From contig NC_043006.1 in assembly GCF_006345805.1 (NCBI RefSeq), positions 45,260,001 through 45,324,000 of the forward strand: a stretch of DNA of 64,000 bases, in the 5' to 3' direction. A program made the position numbers and the translations under genes. The notes under the pieces are model-generated. The model did not search any database and was not told the origin of the DNA. It saw nothing but the letters and a program-made list of their open reading frames with translations. Source of the DNA: Octopus sinensis. Taxonomy: Eukaryota. Below are positions 52,731 through 64,000 of the stretch, in pieces; within the stretch, counting starts at the first letter, position 1; each line of letters starts with the position of its first letter.

Positions 52731-54423
52731 ACATTCCTGTCACAACCTGGGACCTTGAAGACTGCTAAAATGCAAGAAAGTATACTAGTCTCTTAATATT
52801 TTATATTCAATATTTCATCTATTCAATAAGACAATCAATACTTCATTTCATTTTACTATATATACTATATATTCTATATTCTTACTTAATATTATAAAGA
52901 ATATAAATAAAACATAAAAAACAGAGTTGGAATTCCTTTGAATAATATATATCCCTCTATACACAATCATACAAACTCCTTTTTATTTATATATATGTGT
53001 GTGTGTGTGTGCCACAAAAAAAGGACCCATACCTGAGCCACATAAAGATCAACCATGGTGACACCACGTAAAAACCACCCATGCAAGCACCACATAAAAG
53101 CACCATGTACATACTGTAAAGTGCCCTTCTTAAAGAAGGACATCCAGCTGTAGAAGCCATGTCAGAACAGACACCTGAGGCTTGGTCTCGCCCTCCAGAT
53201 TGCCAGCTCCTGTCAAATCATCCAAACCATGTCAGCATGGAAAACAGATCTTAAATGACAACAACGATGACGGCGGCGACAGCAGCAGTGACAATGCTGC
53301 CACTGACAACATCGTCATGTTCAGAACTGAGAGTAACATGTACTTCAACAACAGAAACAATTACAGGCGTATCAAATGCCATATAACGTAACTTCTTAAT
53401 TTATTATAATTATCTGTGTGTCTGGAAGATGTGTCTTAATTACCGAATGGCAGTTAAGACCACCAACAGTTGAGAAGAGAAAATACTCTCAAGAATGAAG
53501 AATTCTCCAAAATTGGCATTCCATTAAGGAGAAGGATAGGTTTATTGTCTGGAGATAAAAGGACAGTTGCAAACACTTGTTTCCAGCTCAGTGGCCATCA
53601 TCAACATGCTAATCATCCAGACCTGTCTTCAGTAGCCAATATACTTAAAAATGAAATAAATACGCCCTTTTATAAAACCTAGCCAGGCTCATGGGCCCGG
53701 TTTCTATGGCGTATGTGTTCCCCAGCTGGATGGGATGCCAGTCCATTGCAGCGTTACTCATTTTTGCCAGCTGAGTGGACTGGAGCAATGTGAAAAGAAA
53801 TGTCTTGCTCAAGAACACAATACATCGCCCGGTCCAGGAATCGAAACCACAATCTTACGATCATGATGCTGACACCCTAACCACTAAGCCACGTGCCTCC
53901 ACCACCATCATCATCATCATCATCATCGCTTAACGTTCACCTTCCATGCTAGCATGGGTTGGACGATTTTAACTGAGGGCTCGTGAACCAGATGGCTGCA
54001 CCAGGCTCCAATCTTGATTTGGCAGAGTTTCTACAACTGGATGCCCTTCCTAACGCCAACCACTCTGAGAGTGTAGCCAACCACTCCGACACTAATATAC
54101 TTAAACTCATACAAAAAGAGCTTAACACATTTATGGCCTAAACAATTTGCACAATAAGAATGGAAGGTGTTATCTATGCACTTATTTCCAAAGCATAATT
54201 TTGTGTATGTCTCAGAATGCTTATCAACAATTCTGAACAGGGGATAAAGCATTCCTAACACTGTCCCTCTTAGAGACCTGCATAGTTTTACACATGCATC
54301 TAACAAACTACACAGTTTACCACAAATCAAATCAAATCAAATTTATTGGCAGGAGAGCAGTGTGCTTAAGCCATGTAAAAAAAGAAGAAAAAAAACAGTT
54401 ATTGTTATTCTTTTCTTTCTTTT

Positions 54424-54546
54424 CTTTTATTCTTTTACTAGTTTCAGTCATTTGCCTGCGGCCATGCTGGAGCACTGCCTTTAGTTGAACAAATCCTTGT
54501 GAGTGGATTTGGTAGATGGAAACTGAAAGAAGCCTGTCGTATATAT

Positions 54547-54601
<55 letters not shown>

Positions 54602-54809
54602 TGTATGTGTGTGTATGTGTTTGTCCCCCCAACATCGCTTGACAACCGATGCTGGTGTGTTTACGCCCCCGTAACTTAGCGGTTCGGCAAAAGAGACCGA
54701 TAGAATAAGTACTAGGCTTACAAAGAATAAGTCCTGGGGTGGATTTGCTCAACTAAAGGCAGTGCTCCAGCATGGCCACAGTCAAATGACTGAAACAAGT
54801 AAAAGAGTA
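54424..54809. mobile_element. 5'-truncated composite SINE preceded by an inverted copy of its own 3' end
   Basis: 54424-54496 is the reverse complement of about 54741-54809. Confidence 0.8.
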
Positions 54810-55017
54810 TATGATTATTTTGTCCACTTCAAATAAACAGTTAATCATACAGAAACACATTACATTTAACTGTTAGAAGAGTTTAGGAGGAAACACTCAT
54901 GTCCCCTTGTAGGATATTTAATTGAGGGAGTGGACATGCCGCTTTAATTTTAGTTTTTTATTGATTTATTTTTTAACTATTAACTAAATTTTTTTAATAA
55001 ATAATGGTCAGCAGGTT

Positions 55018-55240
55018 GTGAGGAATATTTGCCATCTCAATATGGCTAACCACTAAGGGTGGGTGTTACTGTAGCTTGTAGCCCCAGGAGAACATTGCCT
55101 AAAGCCAGCTGGAGACGATGTTCTCCTGGGGCTACAAGCTACAGTAACACCCACCCTTAGTGGTTAGCCATATTGAGATGGCAAATATCCCTCACATTGT
55201 CGTGCAGTTACTGTTTATACCTCGTTCAGAGAGTTATTAT
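55018..55240. mobile_element. Fold-back insertion with 79-bp arms, 3' extension and 13-bp TSD
   Basis: Arms 55017-55095 and 55118-55196 (one mismatch); TSD TGGTCAGCAGGTT at 55005-55017 and 55241-55253. Confidence 0.88.
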
Positions 55241-55424
55241 TGGTCAGCAGGTTATTTGACAGCAATCTTAGACTAGATAGCAAAGCTATATACACTGTAA
55301 TATTCTGCTTCATATGGTCTTCTGCATCATTATTGTTATCATTATGGTCACCATTGACGCTGGTAATCATATTTAAATCATGTTTCTTGTAGAGTGAAAC
55401 TGCTTTTTTTTAAATATAATAATG

Positions 55425-55660
55425 CACTCAGGGGTGCACCACATCCTGTCAAAAGTGCATATAAAGCATATGCAGTAATGTACAATTATCTGGGAAGCGA
55501 ACAGTGTATGAGTCAGATACATGCTTGCATGTGTATGGAGGGGAGAAAATCAGGAGTAGTGTTTGCGAATCTCAGAAAGCATGGAAGTTTTGAAGGATGC
55601 AGGGCTCCAACAACTAACAACTGATGCTGGTAGTTTGTTCCTTACTTCAGCAACTCTTAA
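55425..55660 (-). mobile_element. CR1/L2-type LINE 3' fragment
   Basis: Diverged copy of 56428-56730. Confidence 0.75.
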
Positions 55661-56427
55661 CTGTTACAAGAGTATAGAAGGAAGAGTTTTGACTGGGATT
55701 GTGTGGTTAAGAAGTTTGCTTCCCAACCACATGGTTTTGGGTTCTATCCCACTGAGTGGCACCTTGGGCAAATGTCTTCTATTATAAACCCCAGGCTGAC
55801 AAAAACCTTGTGAGTGGATTTAGAAGATATGTTTCTTTATTACCCACAAGGGGCTAAACATAGAGGGGACAAACAAGGACAGACAAAGGGATTAAGTCGA
55901 TTACATCGACCCCAGTGCGTAACTGGAACTTAATTTATCGACCCCCAAAAGGATGAAAGGCAAAGTTGACCTCGGCGGAATTTGAACTCAGAACGTAACG
56001 GCAGACGATTTAGAAGATAGAAACTGGAGGAAGTTCGTCGTATACACAGATACACACACACGTCTGTGTTCATGTGTATTGGGAGAGTGTTCGTGTGTGT
56101 ATGTGTGTGTGGGCGCGTGTGTGTTTGTGTCTCCTTATCTTAACATCGCATCATAGTCGTCATACAAGCAGTGACATCCATCTCTAATATTCTGCTAAAA
56201 CATATCTGTCCATGGAGAAATATTTCTTTGCTTGGAAACAGGAAGGGCGTCTGGTTGTAGAAAATCAGTCTCAAAAAGCTCCGTCCGACCCATGCAAGCA
56301 TGGAAAAGTAGACAAAAATAATGATGGCGATGATTGATGTGGACGAGCGTGAAAAAGAACATGATTTACAAAAGAAAAAAAAAACGAGGAAGGAAATAAA
56401 TAATAATGATGAAATTATTGTATACAA

Positions 56428-56730
56428 TGCTCAGGTGCACCACAATTTGTCAAAAGTGCATATAAAGAATATGCAGTAATGTAGAAATGTCTGGAAAGTG
56501 AACAGTGTATGAGTCAGATACATGCTTGCGTGTGTATGGAGGGGAGAAAATGAGGTGTAGTGTTGGTGAATCTCAGGAAGCATGGAAGTATCGAAGGATG
56601 CAGCGCTCCGACAACTAACAACTGATGCCGGCAGTCTGTTCCATGCTTCAGCAACTCTTAGCGTGGAAAAATGTTTCCGAAAGTCATGGGAGCTGTGCTG
56701 TTTTCTGACTTTGTAAACATGTCCATTAAA
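56428..56730 (-). mobile_element. CR1/L2-type LINE 3' end
   Basis: GHVYKVRKQHSSHDFRKHFSTLRVAEAWNRLPASVV matches the CR1-like C-terminal GH..K...R..FF..RV...WN.LP motif. Confidence 0.85.
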
Positions 56731-57430
56731 GACAAACAATTATTAATATCATAACAAATAAATCAATCATTTGCCTGGCATTCTATTAATTCTATAATCC
56801 ACAGTTCAAAACTGGATATTGTGTTTATTTCTAACAGAGGCAACCGTATAAAAAGTTTCTAATTTGAGAAAATTTCTTATGTGGTGTGTTCATTAAATGA
56901 AAAATAATTTTCTTTAAATGAAAAAATTAATTCAATTTCAAAGGTTTTTTTTTTTTTTTGAAACTTTGCATATTATAAAATTCGCTTTGACTTCGACAAA
57001 TCAAAATGTATTTTATAACAAATTTCGTTCTACTTTTAGCTTTAATTATTCTTCAATCTTTGTCTTTCTTGAAAAAATTGCTTCAAAATAATTTTTAAGC
57101 TAAACCTTGGTTATTTCCCCTTAGTCATTTGCAATTCATAAAATTACAAGAGTTGCTTCCCTTGACATAACAACTTTCTATTAATTTCAGTTTATCAATT
57201 TATTTTTCGTGTATCAATTATTTGTTGAATTATCTAAAAGTTAGAATTTCCGATCATCTCTGTAGACAATATTATGAATAAGTTTTCTGTGATATATAGA
57301 ATCGATGAAAATTATAAGACAAAAGTATAGCTAAACTTGATAGAAATATCTGAAGAAATCTTCCAAACGTTGGTTAATTTGATTGGAGATAAGGTGTGAG
57401 ATATTGAGGTGAAATTACTTCCTGTGGATT

Positions 57431-57754
57431 CTAAAGACTCCGCCGGTTACGACGACGAGGGTCCCAGCTGATACGATCAACGGAACAGCTTGCTCGTGAA
57501 ATTAACGTGCAAATGGCTGAGCATTCCACAGACACGTGTACCCTTAACGTAGTTCTCGGGGATAATCAGCGTGACACAGAGAGTGACAAGGCTGACCCTT
57601 TGAAATACAAGTACAACTCATTTTTGCCAGCTGAGTGGACTGGAGCAACGTGAAATAAAGTGTCTTGCTCAAGGACACAACGCGTCGCCGGGAATCGAAC
57701 TCACAACCTTACGATCATGAGCCGAATGCCCTAACCACTAAGCCACGCGCCCTC
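57431..57754 (-). mobile_element. Intact tRNA-derived SINE (tail type iii)
   Basis: 14-bp TSD ACTTCCTGTGGATT; CpGs preserved. Confidence 0.92.
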
Positions 57755-59009
57755 ACTTCCTGTGGATTAGTATCCTATCGAAAGACAAGGAGAAACAAAA
57801 ACGAGAATTCATAGTTTTCGTCAGTAGATAATTTGTAAAAGAAGATTTAAGTTGATGTGTCACGAGGAGAGTTTGGTTCTGAGGTTTCAAGTTGTGACCT
57901 TTTTGTCATCTCACAGCACACGAACTTAGTGTCTTTTCTGAGTTTTACTATGTTGGCGAAAATATTTATATTTCATTCATACAACTCCTGACACCAGCTA
58001 CAGAAACCTAAGTTAAGAAATAGCTTCTGGAGAAAAGCAATTTGTAAGGTTCCCGGAATAAAGTCATAATTTTAACCAGGAAAGAAGTCCTGTTTAATGT
58101 AAATACTATAAATAAAGAATAAAACAAACATATTTTTAATTAGCTTTTAATTGACAGTACGTGACTTCCACGAAATTTACATACGATGGCATTACACATA
58201 TGTAAAAAGCACCATTTATTCAATTTTTAAAGCAAAGTAGGCCTTTATTGACAATACATCAATTCATGACACGTACAGATCGAAAACACCTTACAATAGT
58301 ATCGCGGCATTACCTGTATATTTAGTAATTTTAATGGTGATGACTAAAACGAATATCCCGACCGATGCCACGAAGAAACTTTGCCATATTCTTGCGGTTT
58401 TCTCGTTGAGCAACTCACAACTTATTAAGATGTTCTTGTTGCAACACATAGTGTTGAATAACTCTTCCTTGATATTTTTCTGCGACTTTTGTTCCCCTGA
58501 ATTAATTTGTAAAAGTACTAAAAAATAGTTTCTGTATTTATGCGTGTATAAAAGTCACACTATTTTATACTTGATTTTTAAGTGTTAAAAAAAAAAGATT
58601 GCGACTACAAGTAGAACAAAGTTAAATCTAGGAAGGGAAAAAAATTGTCAAGATTTAGCACTAAATCAAGGATGAGGCTTTTATACGAACAACTACAGTA
58701 CTTTTTACTGTTAGAAGAGATGACCTGTAACACATAATGTTGACGAAAAGGGCGGGCGACAATGATAACGGTGAATAGGATAATTATAAGGGAGATTTTA
58801 GTGTGTAGATAGATATTATACGGTTTACTACTTGTTGCATTTTATGTATTACTAAGAACTTGTGTTATACTTTTTACCGCAAGAACGTGTGTGTGTGTGT
58901 GTATTCACCTTCAATTTTATGTATACTTTCAACGCTGGCAGGAATTAAGAGGGTCATCACGATCCAAGTCAGCCCCTATTTGAAGCCACTATCCTCATAG
59001 ATTGGTTTC

Positions 59010-59113
59010 GGCGAAGGTAGAGACTACGTACACCACCCGTTTTGGGCGTAATAAATACCCTAACCCTAAGCCCTAACACTAACCACCCCGTGTGCGTATT
59101 CTTTACTTTCGCC
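59010..59113. mobile_element. 104-bp MITE-like element enclosing telomere-like CCCTAA repeats
   Basis: 24-bp imperfect inverted repeats at 59010-59033 and 59090-59113; GGTTTC on both flanks. Confidence 0.6.
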
Positions 59114-59689
59114 CAGGTTTCAATACTGGATGCTCTTCCCATTACAAACTACTTGATAAATATGGAGGTAAGCCTTTCTAACGGGACTTTTTGTAGCAAC
59201 ATAAACACAACTGTTTTCGAGCTTTTTAATATTTCAGTGATTTTTTGGAGAATATCGAAAAGTCACACAAATAGCAGCTGTCAATATTTTGCAAATCAAA
59301 GAACAAAGAGAAAGAATTTCTGTGATATTGAGATTATAATTCTTCATCTTATCATACGAACACTATGGTGTATTCAATCTCTGAATTGAAAAAAAAAAAA
59401 AACATTGGAGATGACAGGATAGCAAATTAATGAAAATATAATGTAAAAATATAAATATTGGCATGTGGAGGCAGTGGCACAGCTGCATGGAGATGCTGAA
59501 TGGTTAAGCAGTTCACTTTGCACTTATGTTGTTTTGGGTTCAGTTCCACCATGTGGTACCTTAGGTAATCGTCTTTAACTATAGCTCCAGGCTGACCAAT
59601 GACTTGTGAGTGAGTGTGTTTGTGTGTGTGTGGCTTTGTGCTTGTCATTCCAACCACTTCACAACCGGTGTTGGTTTGTTTATGTAAAG

Positions 59690-60722
59690 AGTTTTGCTGA
59701 GGCTGCAGAGGTGAAGAAAAGGGAGGTGGACCTAGCCAGACTGAAGGAGCTATGTAAGATGACACAGAAGGTGGGCGGTGATGTAAAAGTTATTACCCCC
59801 GAAAAGGGTCATGGAAAATATGGAAAAGAAGACCATTACCTACAAGGTGTACTCAGTGGAGAGTAGGAAGGTGGAGCGGATGGAGATGGAAAAAGTAGAA
59901 AAATATTGAAGGGGCTTTCGAAGGAAGTGACATGCATAGCAAAAGGAAATGGATATGGGAAGGTGGTTGTCCAGTTTAGGACAGCGGAGGAGGTAAAGGG
60001 GCTGGCGAGTACAAAGGTGAGAATGGAGGAAGTAGTACTTCTGCCCATGTACCTTGGAAGAAAGACATCACCTGATATAGAAGTGGTTTGGGTTGCAGCA
60101 GCCGTCCTTGTTGGTAGTGAGGAGGAGGTGGCTGCCCTCCAAGCCACAGAGATGGAGGAAGGAGGATATAAAGGAAAAACATTGGAAATCATCATACAAG
60201 CAGAGGTGAAGCAGCTGAAAAATTTGGCAGAGACGGTGACGTTGGGAGAAATAGTATTGACAGTATGGGTAGAGGGAAGAGTTCCATGATGCTTTAAATA
60301 TGGCCAAAAAAGGCCACATTAGAGCTAACTGCCCTCTACAGAGGAAAGCGACAGAAGAAGTGGTGCTGGAGACGGAGGAGAAAAAGAAGAAGTACAGATA
60401 GATGGAAGGAATAAGAAGGATGAATGGTCAGTGCTAGAGAATAAAAGGAACAAGAGGAAGAACAGTCCGTGTGATGTGGGACCCCAGAGCAACTCCATCC
60501 CACCCAAGACCACTCAGACCCATCCTCCCCATACAGACACCAAACCCACCCAGTCCCTTTTCCCACAGGAGCCCTCCCCTGGTGAAAAAGGTTACGTGTA
60601 CATGGAGGAGAGAGTGTTGTCACTCAGTGAAAACGGTAAACAAAAGACTTGATCAAAGACTAAAGAGGACTCAGGACTCAGAGGTCATGAGTAGTGTTAC
60701 TCAGTGTGGAATGAGTAACACA
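59690..60722 (+). mobile_element. Degraded LINE ORF1/gag-like element with zinc-knuckle remnant and terminal hairpin
   Basis: ...VWVEGRVP*CFKYGQK.H (CCHC-like), acidic/basic tail; its 3' 150 bp recur at 61990-62147. Confidence 0.65.
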
Positions 60723-61260
60723 CTTTTCATATTCTCATTTCTCAAGTTATCATTCATGTATCATTATTTTAATATTTTGATTTTAATGTTTTTCATGTGT
60801 CATTCATAGCATCATATTTTAATTTTAATTGTTATATGTCCCCACATGTGTTGTAGTGTCCCCCTCTATATAAAGCCCTTATGGCAATTTAAAAGAAATA
60901 AAGAAGCTTACTTCCCAACCACATGGTTCCCAGTTCAGTTCCACAGCATGGCACCTCTTCTACTATATCCTTGGGACGACCAAAGCTTTGTGAGTAGATT
61001 TGGTAGACGGAAACTGAAAGAAGCCCACCGTATGTGTGTGTGTGTGTGTGCGTGTGTGTATGTATTTGTGGTGTCTGATTTTGTTGCCCCACCATCACTT
61101 GACATCCGATGTTGGTGTATTTACGTCCCCCTAACTTCGCAGTTCATCAGAAGAGACTGATAGAATAAGTACTAGGCTTACAAAGAATAAGTCCTGGAGT
61201 CAAATTGTTCGACTAAAGGCAGTGCTCCAGCAAAAGACTGAAACAAGTAAAAGAATAAAA

Positions 61261-61304
<44 letters not shown>

Positions 61305-61306
<2 letters not shown>

Positions 61307-61897
61307 TGTATTTGGGGATGGTCATGTTGCCAGTTTAGCCAATTATAACACACACACTATATATTTGGTGTTCATTTGCTTCAGCTTTATTTTATATTAA
61401 TCGTATTTCAGCCAGAGTTCTTTCGTCACACTTCTGTGACCTCATCAGTGGTCCTTTGCTTTCTTCTTTCTTTTTTGTGTGTCTTTCCTTACTGATGATC
61501 AGCCATTTTGTATTCCTCTTGTATGTGTCTTTATTTACACATGCATATACCCCTATGTGTGTGTCTATGTTTAGTAAGTAGGGGGGGAGAATGTGCCTGT
61601 ATTATCAGTATCCCCTGTTTATACACATTCGTTTAATTTGTTTTTATTTATTTTGTTCATGTCTTTATACCTACTTAATTTTCTATTCTTTCCTTCTTAT
61701 TTGTATTTAATTTGATTTAATTTATTTTGTTAATGTATATAGTTATTTAATTCCATTTGTTTATCTGTGTATTGTATTATATTATGTTCATATTGTTATC
61801 AGTTTATGGGGATCTTATTCTGTCATATGTTGTGGTGTGTTTGCTAGTGTTCCATTCCAGTTTCCTATTCAGGCTAGGTTTATCTTCTATTATGCGT
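61305..61897 (-). mobile_element. Family C: Penelope-like 3' end (GIY-YIG C-terminus plus UTR with hammerhead)
   Basis: RIIEDKPSLNRKLEW at about 61895-61850; hammerhead motif at 61412-61451; bounded by (TA)n. Confidence 0.7.
61412..61451 (-). ncRNA. Minimal type I hammerhead ribozyme motif (family C)
   Basis: CCA-CTGATGA-G-GTCAC(AGAAGT)GTGAC-GAAA-GAA-CTC-TGG: intact core, 5-bp stem II, CUC cleavage triplet. Confidence 0.72.
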
Positions 61898-62516
61898 ACA
61901 TGTATATATATAAATGTGTAAAGCTATATAGTACACATACATATAAACATGGCAGATTTAAATAGTTCTCCACAGATTGGAAAAAAAGACCCCTCCCCCA
62001 GTGAAAAGGTTACGTGTACATGGAGCAGAGAGTGTTGTCACTCAGCAATGGGGAAAATGGTAAACGAAAGACTAGATCAAAGACTAAGGAGGACTCAGGA
62101 CTCAGAGGTGACGAGAGGTGTTACTTAGTGTGGGGTGAGTAACACCTTAGGCAATTTTTTTAATCCTTATTGGGCTTTCATCACTTGACCAATCCCAGAG
62201 GAACAAGCAGCCAAACTGATTATATACACAACAGAACCAATAGCTACAGAGAATTAGAGCTACTAATTTGCAAAGGCAGGCTTCCTCACAGTTTCCAACT
62301 ACCTATGTCACCCACAAAAAAATAAGGCATTAAATGGCCTTGAGCTATAGTAGAAGACACTTGTTCAAGGTTCCGTGAAGTAGGACTGAACCCAAAACCC
62401 ACATGGTTGCAAAACAAGCTTCTTAACCACACATCCATGTCTGCATATTCTTCATATCTTTGCAGAAAATTTCTAAAAACAGAAGTCTATGATGTTTAAT
62501 GGCACTCAAAGTAAAG

Positions 62517-62645
62517 CCTTATGGGAATTAACTGATGTTATTGTCAAGAATCCAAATCTTATGGGAATCAACCAATGTTACTGTCTGGAATCTATCTCTT
62601 GTGGGAATTGACCAACACTATTGTCAGGAATGTCAATGAATCCAA
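62517..62645. repeat. Degenerate minisatellite, about 40 bp x3
   Basis: CTT(A/G)TGGGAAT...(A/C)TGTC..GAAT repeated. Confidence 0.7.
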
Positions 62646-64000
62646 AGATTAAAATGTTAATTTAATCCTCTTTTTTTGTGATTTTATTTATTTATATGTT
62701 TCTTTTAGTTTTATTTGGTTTTGCTTGGTTCAGCCATGTAACCATTTTACCGTTCTTGCATATATTGAAATCTTTTTCTGTTTTATTTTTACCAAGCTAA
62801 TATAATTGATAGGTTGGATGGATGAAGCAAGTTTTAACGATTTCCTGTAAACTTGCAGAAAAATGTGACATTCATACATTTATGAAAAGATGTTTGAAAT
62901 GCAAGTGAAATATTTCCCCCCTGGGAATTCTCAAAAGGTTATGGAATGGCTGTTACAACATCATGCAGTAATTTAAACCAGAAAGATTCCTTTCTGTGGG
63001 AAAGAGTTAGGGGACCACTGAACTAGACACAGTCAATAAAATAACAAAATCATTATATATAGCCAAGTATCTCCACTAAATCAAGATACTTGTCTCTATC
63101 CCCCTATTATACTTTAATCTCTCGACTGACACGAAGCTACCTCTCTCGCTGTGCTGCTCATCCCTCCAAGTCAGGGGTCTTTGTCTTGCAAGTTACTCGG
63201 TGATCCCACTGATGATGGTGCCACATAAAAAAGAAACATTGGTGCTGGTGCCGTGTAAATAGCATGTAGTACAATCTGTAAAGTGTTTAGTGTTAGGAAG
63301 GGTATCCGGCTGTAGAAACCATACCAAAACAAACAATGGAGGCTGATGCAGCTCTCTAGATTGCCAGTTCTTGTCAAAACGTCCAATCCCTGCCAAGGAA
63401 AATGAACATTGAATAATGATGGTGGTGATGATGGTGGTGGTGGTGGTGGTGGTGGTGGTGGTGGTGATGATGACGACGATGATGATATTTTAGCAATAGA
63501 TTGTTAAAAAAATAATAATCGTTTGAACATATTAAGATATTCCGTTTAAGAATTTGCACTTAAAATGCAAGCTGACTTACATTTAAATTCTACAAGGTAA
63601 AAAAAAAACTTGATAAGAAATTTAAATCTTTTCATACCTAATTAGCTACAGACGCTGGGCTGTGGCCATGCTAGAGCACTATATTCAAGCAGTTTAGTTG
63701 ATCATATCAACCCCACAATTACTTTTCGGCTGGGACTTATTTTAGCAATCTCTATTTATAGAACCATTAAGTCGCACACACATATATGCATGCACCCTCT
63801 CTCTCCCCCTCTCTCTCTCTCTCAGAAGGGGCCATACCAATTCTTTAACCAGTGCCCCATGAACTCACTAAGAAAAAAAGAATTTAATCCAAGTCGTTTA
63901 CAAAAATTTATTTAAGTTTGTTGCACAAACGTATAGCGTCTTTGATTTTTTATTATTATTTTAATGGTTTATTGGCAGAATTGTTAGAATAAGGACAAAA

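Noticed and set aside
53570-53610. TTGATGATGGCC..GCTGGAAAC on the minus strand
   Set aside because: Core and stems are too degenerate to call a hammerhead.

Overview
Eukaryotic, AT-rich genomic DNA dense in microsatellites and SINEs. The repeat repertoire suggests a coleoid cephalopod, probably Octopus (inference). One protein-coding gene is well supported on the minus strand: eight GT-AG coding exons (47328 down to 1848, 1877 nt, about 625 codons, all phases compatible). It encodes an FG-GAP-repeat membrane protein colinear with Arabidopsis NERD1/At3g51050, and its last exon lies beyond the window start. The rest is transposon-derived: tRNA-headed SINE families, truncated RTE and CR1-type LINEs, a deleted mariner, TTAA MITEs and Helitron/Helentron derivatives. 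Two patterns stand out. (1) At least three unrelated short repeat families carry minimal type I hammerhead ribozyme motifs of the Penelope type. One joins a tRNA-Ile-like Pol III head to a hammerhead tail and occurs twice as a mirror-image inverted pair. (2) Several unrelated repeat families appear as fold-back insertions with an inverted duplicate of their 3' part. All identifications were made by eye; no searches were run.
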